From the NCBI GenBank assembly GCA_963921275.4, contig OZ001293.3:2336001-2400000 (forward strand): 64,000 nucleotides of DNA, written 5' to 3'. Position 1 is the stretch's first letter; each line of letters starts with the position of its first letter. The notes beneath the pieces are model-generated. The model saw only the letters and a program-made list of their open reading frames with translations, was not told the origin of the DNA and searched no databases. This DNA is from an uncultured Hormoscilla sp. (GTDB lineage: Bacteria > Cyanobacteriota > Cyanobacteriia > Cyanobacteriales > Desertifilaceae). The position numbers were made by a program, and so were the translations under genes. Below, piece after piece: positions 28,727 to 36,777 of the stretch.

Positions 28727-30319
28727 ATGGCGATCCATAAAAGCAAGTTAATCCGGCTATTTCAGGAATTTATTAGCTCCTATCTATACACGGCTGATGG
28801 TCTCAGCCAAAAAGCAGCCTATGAAAAGCAGCGTCAGCAAAGAGAACATCAGTTGCATGCGATCGCATCAGAATCAGCGGAAACCGAACCCATATTATTA
28901 CAACTGTTCCCGGATACGGATTTGCAATTGACTGATGTTAACCAGGTAATCTCCCTGCATATTCCGGCATCTCGCGATCGCCGACGAGAGTTGCTGGTCC
29001 AGCGGACAAATTTTGATGTTTGCGCTCTCAAAATTATCCAGACAGTAGGAAAAAACCTAGTTAATTTTCTCCATCGCTGCCAAAACCATCCCCATCAACT
29101 ATCAGCAGCTTGCATTAAATTTTACCACAAACCATACTCTCAGAGCTTTTCCATTCCCGCGATCGCGCCCATCCTAAATGGCCTGCAACCCGATCGCTTT
29201 CTGGCGATCGATCGTCAATCCCTACAGGTAATTAACTATTTTGGCCAGAAGAATTATACTGAGAAGTTAACAGATTATCCTGCTGTCAATCAGTTGGGAC
29301 AGGATATGATTGCTCAATTGGCTCAGGAGATGCATCAACCTGGGGTGCCCGCACTCAAAGATGGGGATTTGTTCGATCTGTTCTGTCACTGGCTTGTGGA
29401 TGAAAAAAAGGATGAATTGAACGCCAGAATGGTTGGGGAAAAACCAGTTTTTTTGGAGCAGGTTAAGGAGGTAGAATGGCAACCGGAATATCCTTTAGCT
29501 GCATGCGCTGAGGAGACGGGCTTGACGGTATCGGAATTGGAGCGATGGGTACGGGCGATCGAGCGTAAAAAGCAAGCCATTTTATCGGGAACCCCGGGAA
29601 CGGGAAAAACTTTCATTGCTCAAAAGCTAGCGCAACATTTAATTGGCTCTGGTGATGGGTTCTCGGAACTGGTACAATTTCACCCCGCCTACTCCTATGA
29701 AGACTTTATTCAGGGTATTCGTCCCCAAACTCAAGCCGGACAACTCACCTATCCTCTGGTTCCCGGTCGCTTTCTGGAATTCTGCGATCGGGCGAAATCT
29801 CGCTCGGGTCGGTGCGTGATGATTATTGATGAAATTAATCGCGCTCATCTGGCTCAGGTGTTTGGTGAATTGATGTACTTGCTGGAGTACCGCGATCGCA
29901 CCATTCCTTTAGCTGGTAGCAAAGAACCTTTTGCCATTCCCGCAAATGTCCGCCTGATTGGTACAATGAATACTGCCGATCGCTCGATCGCCCTAGTGGA
30001 TTATGCTCTGCGCCGCCGGTTTGCCTTCATCGAACTGCGCCCCAACTATCAGGTGCTGCGGCGATATCACCAAAATACCGGTTTTCCGGTGAATGGCTTG
30101 ATTGCTATACTGGAACAGTTGAATCAGGCGATCGCCGACAAGCATTACGAACTGGGCATCTCTTTCTTTTTAACAGATAACCTAGCCCAAGAGCTTCCCG
30201 ATATCTGGCTTCTGGAAATCGAACCCTATCTGGAAGAATATTTCTTCGATCGCATGGAGCAAGTTAACGAGTTTCGCTGGGACAATATTCAGCAGAAAAT
30301 ATTTTCCCGAAACCGGTAG
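28727..30319 (+). CDS. mcrB: McrB-family AAA+ GTPase with an unassigned N-terminal domain
   Basis: GTPGTGKT, VQFHPAYSYEDF, IIDEINRA, GTMNTADRSIALVDYALRRRF. Confidence 0.93.
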   Translation: MAIHKSKLIRLFQEFISSYLYTADGLSQKAAYEKQRQQREHQLHAIASESAETEPILLQLFPDTDLQLTDVNQVISLHIPASRDRRRELLVQRTNFDVCALKIIQTVGKNLVNFLHRCQNHPHQLSAACIKFYHKPYSQSFSIPAIAPILNGLQPDRFLAIDRQSLQVINYFGQKNYTEKLTDYPAVNQLGQDMIAQLAQEMHQPGVPALKDGDLFDLFCHWLVDEKKDELNARMVGEKPVFLEQVKEVEWQPEYPLAACAEETGLTVSELERWVRAIERKKQAILSGTPGTGKTFIAQKLAQHLIGSGDGFSELVQFHPAYSYEDFIQGIRPQTQAGQLTYPLVPGRFLEFCDRAKSRSGRCVMIIDEINRAHLAQVFGELMYLLEYRDRTIPLAGSKEPFAIPANVRLIGTMNTADRSIALVDYALRRRFAFIELRPNYQVLRRYHQNTGFPVNGLIAILEQLNQAIADKHYELGISFFLTDNLAQELPDIWLLEIEPYLEEYFFDRMEQVNEFRWDNIQQKIFSRNR

Positions 30320-30470
30320 TTCGGGCGATCGCGAGAATGGGCGAATTTCCCTGGCAATCTTAATAATGAAGGGTCTCCTCTACAAATGAGCGATAAGTTT
30401 TACTTATATGTAGGCCAAATCAAGGGTTTCAGCCTTTTTGGTCAGAAATTTATATAATGCGATACATTAA

Positions 30471-30723
30471 GGGTGTGGTCTTGCGCCCGTTGGTACTCGG
30501 CCTCCCCTTCTGTGCCGGGAGATCAATGTCTCGCGAAGGCCGCGCTAGTAACCGCACAAAAGCACAGTCCGAACCCGTGCATGGTCCAGCTACGAGAACC
30601 TTCGCCCGCCGGTAGGCTCCCTTCGACTTCGCTCACCCGACCACGCTCACCCGACCGCCGGCGCGGGCTTTTTACATGCATCTCGTCTCGGCACCCGGCT
30701 ATCAACTACAAGTGAGCGCACCC
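30471..30723 (-). mobile_element. MITE-like unit of the GGGTGTGGTC family, homologous to 14919-15091
   Basis: Reverse complement shares GGGTGCG.TCAC..GTAGTTGATA, GATGCATGTAA, AGCCCGCGC, GGACCATGCACGGGTTCGG and TACCAACGGG with 14919-15091. Confidence 0.75.
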
Positions 30724-30802
30724 TCCCAATGCCTAGACCGCCCGGGTGGGTAATTGGCACGGCACTAAGCAATTCAAAATTCTCTCATTCAAAATTAAAA
30801 AT

Positions 30803-30984
30803 TACGACTCTTCCGTATGTAAATACGACTCTGTCGTATTCTGGTACGACTCTTCCGTATTTACATACGACTCTTCCGTACCCTGGTACGACTCTGTCGT
30901 ATTTACATACGACTCTTCCGTACCCTGGTACGACTCTGTCGTATTTACATACGACTCTTCCGTACCCGGGTACGACTCTTCCGT
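30803..30984. repeat. 21-bp tandem array C (TACGACTCT(TC/GT)CGTA+6 nt, ~8.7 copies, alternating 42-bp higher-order pattern)
   Basis: Read directly; some units have the palindromic core TACGAC-TCT-GTCGTA. Confidence 0.95.
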
Positions 30985-31323
30985 TCCCAATACTTCAAGG
31001 GATACAACGGGTGTGGTCATGCAGACCGTTGCATCACCCGATATCTGGAGAATGGAATCCGCTCTAAGTTATCTCATATCTTGCACCATTTTCAACTAGA
31101 GGCGGAGCTTCGATAACTGGTTCCCACTCTGAGACTGGGAACCAGGGTGAAACGAGGGTAAAATACCTTTTTCATAAGGCTTTCAGTCGGTTTTCAACCG
31201 ACTTAAGCCTCGTTACCTGGCTCCCGCCTGGTAACGCGGGGTAAGCATACCCCGGCGGGCCATGAGACTAATCGAGAATGGTGCAAGATATCAGTTATAA
31301 TAAAATATTTACCCGATCGAGGG

Positions 31324-32502
31324 ATGCCCATGAAAACGATCTTCCTGACAGAACATAAATTCCTATGCTTGCCCCGGGAGGATCTTCCTCAGTCCGTAGT
31401 TGACCAGTTGCGGCAAAAGTACAGCAGTCAACTAGATGTGAAACTGCAAGATACCCCAACAGGCGATCGCTGGCAACTTACCTCTAAAGGATGGGTTGGT
31501 TATATCCCCTTGACGCCAGAATTCAGCATCGTCCTGCATCCGAAAGTACCATTGCACGACTTATTTGGGATGCTGGCCTATGCTTACAAGTTAAAGAGCT
31601 TTCGGGTGCTCGAAGGTCTGATTGACTGTCAAACGATCGAGGAATTATACGAGCAATTAGCCTATCTGCTCGCCCAGCGCATCCTAGACAGATGTCGTCA
31701 GGGATTATATCAGGCTTACTTGCCGAAAACTCAGCCATTGGCTTACCTGCGGGGGCGCGTGCTACAATCTATCTACTCCCCTGGTAATGTCAAGCTCAAC
31801 TGCCACTATCAAGAACCTACTAGGGATATCAAGGAAAATCAGATTCTCGCTTGGACAATGTTGCTCCTTTGTCGCAGTGGTTTGTGTTCGGAACGAGTCT
31901 GGCCAACCGTCAGAAAAGCTTATCATACTTTATCAGGTTTGGTGACTATGCTACCCTGTAGTCCATCGGATTGTCTGGGACGACAGTACAACCGTTTGAA
32001 TCAAGATTATCGACTTTTACATAATCTCTGTCGATTCTTTCTGGAAAATACTGGACCCTCTTACAAGCAGGGCGATCGCACCATGGTACCATTCTTAGTC
32101 GATATGGAGCGTTTATACAAACTTTTTGTCGCCGAATGGCTGAAGTACCATACAGCAAAAAGCTTTTTGGTCAAGCAGCAACAGCGAGTCGCCCTGGATA
32201 AAAATCTGCATTTTCGGATCGACTTAATCCTGTCTGACCCTCAAACAGGTGCAGCACGCTATATCCTGGATACTAAATACAAGACTGGCGATAAAGTGGC
32301 GATCGGGGACTTCCACCAAATGGTCAGCTATGCAAAAGCAACAAAATGTTACGAAGCAGTTTTAGTCTATCCAAAACCCCTATGCTTTCCCCTAGACGCC
32401 AAGAATGACGATATCCGAGTTCGCAGTCTGACTTTCTCCCTGGATGGCAATCTTAATGACGCTGGCAATACATTTCTGCAGGATTTGCAGAGGAGACGGT
32501 AA
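31324..32502 (+). CDS. mcrC: McrC-family nuclease
   Basis: GWVGYIPL, LFGMLAYAY, FLVDMERLY, RIDL...ILDTKYK...DFHQMVSYA. Confidence 0.92.
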   Translation: MPMKTIFLTEHKFLCLPREDLPQSVVDQLRQKYSSQLDVKLQDTPTGDRWQLTSKGWVGYIPLTPEFSIVLHPKVPLHDLFGMLAYAYKLKSFRVLEGLIDCQTIEELYEQLAYLLAQRILDRCRQGLYQAYLPKTQPLAYLRGRVLQSIYSPGNVKLNCHYQEPTRDIKENQILAWTMLLLCRSGLCSERVWPTVRKAYHTLSGLVTMLPCSPSDCLGRQYNRLNQDYRLLHNLCRFFLENTGPSYKQGDRTMVPFLVDMERLYKLFVAEWLKYHTAKSFLVKQQQRVALDKNLHFRIDLILSDPQTGAARYILDTKYKTGDKVAIGDFHQMVSYAKATKCYEAVLVYPKPLCFPLDAKNDDIRVRSLTFSLDGNLNDAGNTFLQDLQRRR

Positions 32503-32544
32503 ATAATTGTTAATTGACGTAAAAAGTTTTTGTAGCAGGAGGGT

Positions 32545-33795
32545 ATGATAATGAGCAAGCATCAATTAGCGCTCGACAATAGTCAAGTGCCAGAAGGTTA
32601 TAAACAAACAGAGGTTGGAGTGATTCCTGAAGATTGGGAGGTTACAACATTAGGAGAAATAGGGCAAAGTTTGATTGGCTTGACATATAAACCGGATGAT
32701 ATCCGTGAATATGGCACGTTAGTGTTGCGTTCTTCCAATATTCACAGCGATAGGCTAGCTTACGAAGATCAGGTTTATGTAGATAGTTCGTTATCCTTGC
32801 CTTTAAGGGGAATTGTAGAAGAAGGAGATATTTTAATCTGTGTTCGTAATGGTAGTCGGCAACTGATCGGAAAATGCGCTATGATAGATTCTGTAGCAGC
32901 AGGAAGCGCATTCGGTGCTTTTATGTCAGTTTTCAGAACCAAGATTTCTGGCTTGGTTTTCTATCAGTTTAAATCTGATGTTATCAAGAAACAGATTAAG
33001 GAAATTATGGGCGCAACCATTAATCAGATCACCAGCAAAGACATGGCTGCGTTCCAAATACCTTTGCCGCGTTCAGATGAAGAACAACGCGCGATCGCCC
33101 AAACGCTATCGGACGTGGATGGCCTGATTGCAGCACTGGATCAGGTGATCGCCAAAAAGCGCAACATCAAAACCGCCACCATGCAGGAACTCCTCACTGG
33201 CAAGAAACGCCTGCCGGGGTTTGACGGTGAGTGGGAGGTAAAAACTGTCGAAGATATAGCAGATTGTCTAGATAATATTCGAGTTCCGTTAAATGAATCA
33301 CAACGTAACAGAATGAAGGGTAATATTCCATATTGCGGTGCCAATGAAATATTGGATTATGTTAATGACTTTATAGTTGATGATGATATTATATTAATGG
33401 CAGAGGATGGGGGATATTTCGATGAATTTGATACTTGCCCAATTGCGTATCGAATGTTTGGGAAATGTTGGGTAAATAATCATGCCCATATTCTGAAAGC
33501 AAAAGATCATGTCAGTCAAGGCTTTCTTTTTTATTCGTTAGAGCACAAGGATATCCGCAAATTTCTTGCGAGTGGAACAAGAACAAAATTAAACAAATCA
33601 GAAATGGAAAAAATTCAGATAGAAATATCTTATAATTTAATGGAGCAACAAGCTATCGCAACTATCCTGTCAGACATGGATGCAGAAATCGCGGCCTTAG
33701 AAAAGCGTCGCGCCAAAACCCAAGCCATGAAACAAGGCATGATGCAGGAACTCTTAACCGGAAAAACCAGACTCATCGATCCAAACAATCCTTAA
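32545..33795 (+). CDS. hsdS: Type I R-M specificity subunit, copy 3
   Basis: Same conserved regions as copies 1 and 2; two new TRDs. Confidence 0.95.
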   Translation: MIMSKHQLALDNSQVPEGYKQTEVGVIPEDWEVTTLGEIGQSLIGLTYKPDDIREYGTLVLRSSNIHSDRLAYEDQVYVDSSLSLPLRGIVEEGDILICVRNGSRQLIGKCAMIDSVAAGSAFGAFMSVFRTKISGLVFYQFKSDVIKKQIKEIMGATINQITSKDMAAFQIPLPRSDEEQRAIAQTLSDVDGLIAALDQVIAKKRNIKTATMQELLTGKKRLPGFDGEWEVKTVEDIADCLDNIRVPLNESQRNRMKGNIPYCGANEILDYVNDFIVDDDIILMAEDGGYFDEFDTCPIAYRMFGKCWVNNHAHILKAKDHVSQGFLFYSLEHKDIRKFLASGTRTKLNKSEMEKIQIEISYNLMEQQAIATILSDMDAEIAALEKRRAKTQAMKQGMMQELLTGKTRLIDPNNP

Positions 33796-33834
33796 ACCGC
33801 AAACTGCCATCTAAAACAACCAGGAGAAAATACC

Positions 33835-34038
33835 ATGATCAACGTCGGACAAAGCAAATTCGCTACTCAAAAACGAGTTATCGAACTCTTTGAACAGCAA
33901 CTCGGTTACTCAGATCTGGGATACTGGCACAACCGCCAGCACAACCGCATCCGAGTCCGCAGTCTGACTTTCTCCCTGGATGGCAATCTTAATGACGCTG
34001 GCAATACATTTCTGCAGGATTTGCAGAGGAGACGGTAA
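33835..34038 (+). pseudogene. Chimeric ORF: hsdR 5' end fused to mcrC 3' end (duplication junction ~33948)
   Basis: MINVGQSKFATQKRVI...HNRQHNR joined to IRVRSLTFSLDGNLNDAGNTFLQDLQRRR. Confidence 0.9.
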
Positions 34039-34086
34039 ATAATTGTTAATTGACGTGAAAAATTTTTGTAGCAGGAGGGTATTATA

Positions 34087-35445
34087 ATGAGCAATCATCA
34101 ATTATCGCTCGACAGTAGTCACGTGCCAGAAGGTTATAAACAAACAGAGGTTGGGGTGATTCCTGAAGAGTGGGATGTCCAGGCTTTGTCAGAAATGTGC
34201 GTAAAAATTCAGGATGGAACACATTTTTCTCCATCATTAGGAGGTAATGATTATCTTTACATTACATCAAAGAATATTGGACGCGGGGCATTAAATATTT
34301 ATAATGCTGAAAGAATTGATGCAATTCAGCACAGGGCGATCTATAGTCGTTGTGACGTAAGGAAAGGCGATCTTCTCCTAACAAAGGATGGAGTAAATAC
34401 CGGAAATGCTGCATTAAATCACTTAAATGAAGAATTTAGCCTATTATCGAGCGTAGCATTTCTAAGATTCAATACTAAGAAATACGATCCAAGTTACTTC
34501 CTGCAACAAATTTTGTCGTCAGATGGTCAGAATCGCATTAAAGATCTAATGTCTGGCAATGCAATTACTCGTCTCACGCTTGAGAAAATTCGTAGGGTTC
34601 AGTTTTCAGTTCCACCAATAGAAGAACAACGCGCGATCGCCCAAACCCTATCGGACGTGGATGCCCTGATAGCAGCAATGGATCAGGTGATCGCCAAAAA
34701 GCGCAACATCAAAACCGCCACCATGCAGGAACTCCTCACCGGCAAGAAACGCCTGCCGGGGTTTGGTGAGGGGAAAAGTTATAAAAACACTGAGGTTGGG
34801 GTGATTCCTGAAGATTGGGAGGTAAAAACCTACGGAGATATTTTTACGTTTTTGACAACTGCAAGCAATCCAAGAGCAGATTTATCGCTAGATCGAGAAG
34901 TTGAATATATTCACTACGGAGATATTCATACTAAATGGGATTGTCTACTTGACTTACGCCTTGAGTCTTTGCCTTCTATTTCTAAACAAAAGGTGAAAAG
35001 AGCAACCATTTTAGAAGAAGGGGATGTTATCATGGCTGATGCCTCAGAAGATTACGAAGGAATCGGCAAGAGTGTTGAAGTTATCAATATTAGTGAACGT
35101 CATGTATTCGCTGGTCTTCATACATTTCTATTGCGAGATAAAAATCAGGTTTTCACTGATGGATATCGAGGCTATTTACACAGGATTGAATCGGTCAAAC
35201 AATCAATCGATCGGATGGCTACAGGATTAAAAGTATATGGAATATCTAAGAAGAATCTCAAAAATATTTTACTACCTGTTCCTGGCAAAAAAGAACAACG
35301 ATCGATCGCATCTATACTGTCGGACATGGATGCCGAAATCGCGGCATTAGAAAAGCGCCGCGCCAAAACCCAAGCCATGAAGCAAGGCATGATGCAGGAA
35401 CTCTTAACCGGAAAAACCAGACTCATCGTTCCCAACAATCCTTAA
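34087..35445 (+). CDS. hsdS: Type I R-M specificity subunit, copy 4; followed by a short hsdR start remnant to ~35538
   Basis: Same conserved regions; two new TRDs. Confidence 0.95.
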   Translation: MSNHQLSLDSSHVPEGYKQTEVGVIPEEWDVQALSEMCVKIQDGTHFSPSLGGNDYLYITSKNIGRGALNIYNAERIDAIQHRAIYSRCDVRKGDLLLTKDGVNTGNAALNHLNEEFSLLSSVAFLRFNTKKYDPSYFLQQILSSDGQNRIKDLMSGNAITRLTLEKIRRVQFSVPPIEEQRAIAQTLSDVDALIAAMDQVIAKKRNIKTATMQELLTGKKRLPGFGEGKSYKNTEVGVIPEDWEVKTYGDIFTFLTTASNPRADLSLDREVEYIHYGDIHTKWDCLLDLRLESLPSISKQKVKRATILEEGDVIMADASEDYEGIGKSVEVINISERHVFAGLHTFLLRDKNQVFTDGYRGYLHRIESVKQSIDRMATGLKVYGISKKNLKNILLPVPGKKEQRSIASILSDMDAEIAALEKRRAKTQAMKQGMMQELLTGKTRLIVPNNP

Positions 35446-35558
35446 CACCGCAAACTGCTATCTAAAACAACCAGGATCGAATACCATGACGTCGGACAAA
35501 GGGAATTCGCTACTCACAAACGAGTTATCGAACTCTTGACAACTGACAACTGACAACT

Positions 35559-36374
35559 ATGGCTCCTACAGTTTTAATCACAGGTGCGTCTCAAGGCACT
35601 GGCAAAGCCACAGCACTTCTGTGGGCACGAAAAGGTTACAATGTCGTGTTAGCGGCACGTCGGAATGGCGATCGCTTAGGGACAGTGGCCCGAGAAATCA
35701 GAGATCTAGGCGTTTCCGCCTTAGCTATTCCTACTGATGTGGGCGACGCCGAACAGGTAAAGGCGCTAATTAACAAAGCGCTGGCTTTCTACGATCGCAT
35801 AGACGTACTCGTTAATAATGCCGGCATCTGTCTGACGGGAACAATGACTCAAACCTCCTTAGAGGACTGGCAACAAATCATGAATACCAACTTGTGGGGT
35901 TACGTTCATACGATTAAGGAAATGCTACCCCACTTCCTAGAAAATCAAGCAGGGAGTATTGTCAACGTGGGTTCCTTTGGCGGGAAAATGCCTCTGCCCA
36001 ACATGACTGCCTACTGTGCCAGTAAGTATGCCGTGACGGGATTAACGGAAACCCTGAAGCTAGAATTAGCACCCCAAGGGATTCATGTTTGTGCGGTGCA
36101 TCCGGGAGTAATCAACAGTGATTTCATGGAACGGGCCTTGTTTCGGGGTTCTGACGAAACCGAGTCGGAAAGTCGTCGCCAACAGATGCAGGCGGTGCTG
36201 CAACAATCCTGGGTTTCTCAACCAGAAGACATTGCCCAAGCAATTTGGGATGCAGTTCAGTTCAAGCAGTCGGAAAAAGTCGTTGGTTCCATATCTCTGG
36301 CCACTGAAGCTTATCGGTTGTTTCCTGGTTTAACTCAGTGGCTCATGGAGCAAACTTTAATTACTAATAAGTAA
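35559..36374 (+). CDS. SDR family oxidoreductase
   Basis: TGASQGTG, NNAG, YCASK. Confidence 0.93.
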   Translation: MAPTVLITGASQGTGKATALLWARKGYNVVLAARRNGDRLGTVAREIRDLGVSALAIPTDVGDAEQVKALINKALAFYDRIDVLVNNAGICLTGTMTQTSLEDWQQIMNTNLWGYVHTIKEMLPHFLENQAGSIVNVGSFGGKMPLPNMTAYCASKYAVTGLTETLKLELAPQGIHVCAVHPGVINSDFMERALFRGSDETESESRRQQMQAVLQQSWVSQPEDIAQAIWDAVQFKQSEKVVGSISLATEAYRLFPGLTQWLMEQTLITNK

Positions 36375-36429
36375 TGGGCCAGTAGCCCAAAAACCCTTCT
36401 CGATTAGTCTCACGGCCCGCCCGGGGTTC

Positions 36430-36562
36430 GGCACTGGTTCAGCCCGATTAAAAAAATCAGATCAATCCCTTGCCAGTTAAAGGTTTGACCGATTTTTTAA
36501 CGCCTCAAACCATGATGCTGTAGGGCATTCGAGCTTTCATTTAACTAGACTGAACTAGTGCC
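36430..36562. mobile_element. MITE with GGCACTGGTTCAG / CTGAACTAGTGCC ends; inverted homolog at 40114-40250
   Basis: TIRs and internal sequence align with the reverse complement of 40114-40250. Confidence 0.8.
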
Positions 36563-36582
36563 GCCCAGCCCCATAATCAGGT

Positions 36583-36755
36583 TATAGCATTTTTCAATAT
36601 GGTGAGGTACAGCGCTTAAATCCCCCTAAATCCCCCTTTGAAAGGGGGACTAAGAATAAGCCCCCCGCCTCTTTCCCCCCCTTCCGAAGGGGGGTTAGGG
36701 GGGATGGGGGGTTGGGGGGATTTTTATGTACCTCACTAATATGAAAACCGCTATA
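36583..36755. mobile_element. MITE with TATAGC...GCTATA ends (IS630-like), enclosing C/G-run hairpin repeats
   Basis: TATAGCATTTTTCAATATGGTGAGGTACA / TGTACCTCACTAATATGAAAACCGCTATA imperfect TIRs. Confidence 0.7.
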
Positions 36756-36777
36756 TTCGTTTTTACCCCTTTATTGT

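Noticed and set aside
4672..30984. The three 21-bp arrays as CRISPR arrays
   Set aside because: Units are head-to-tail with no unique spacers, and there are no cas genes in the window.
10633..35445. Invertible hsdS shufflon
   Set aside because: All hsdS copies are on the same strand, with no inverted copies and no recombinase gene seen.
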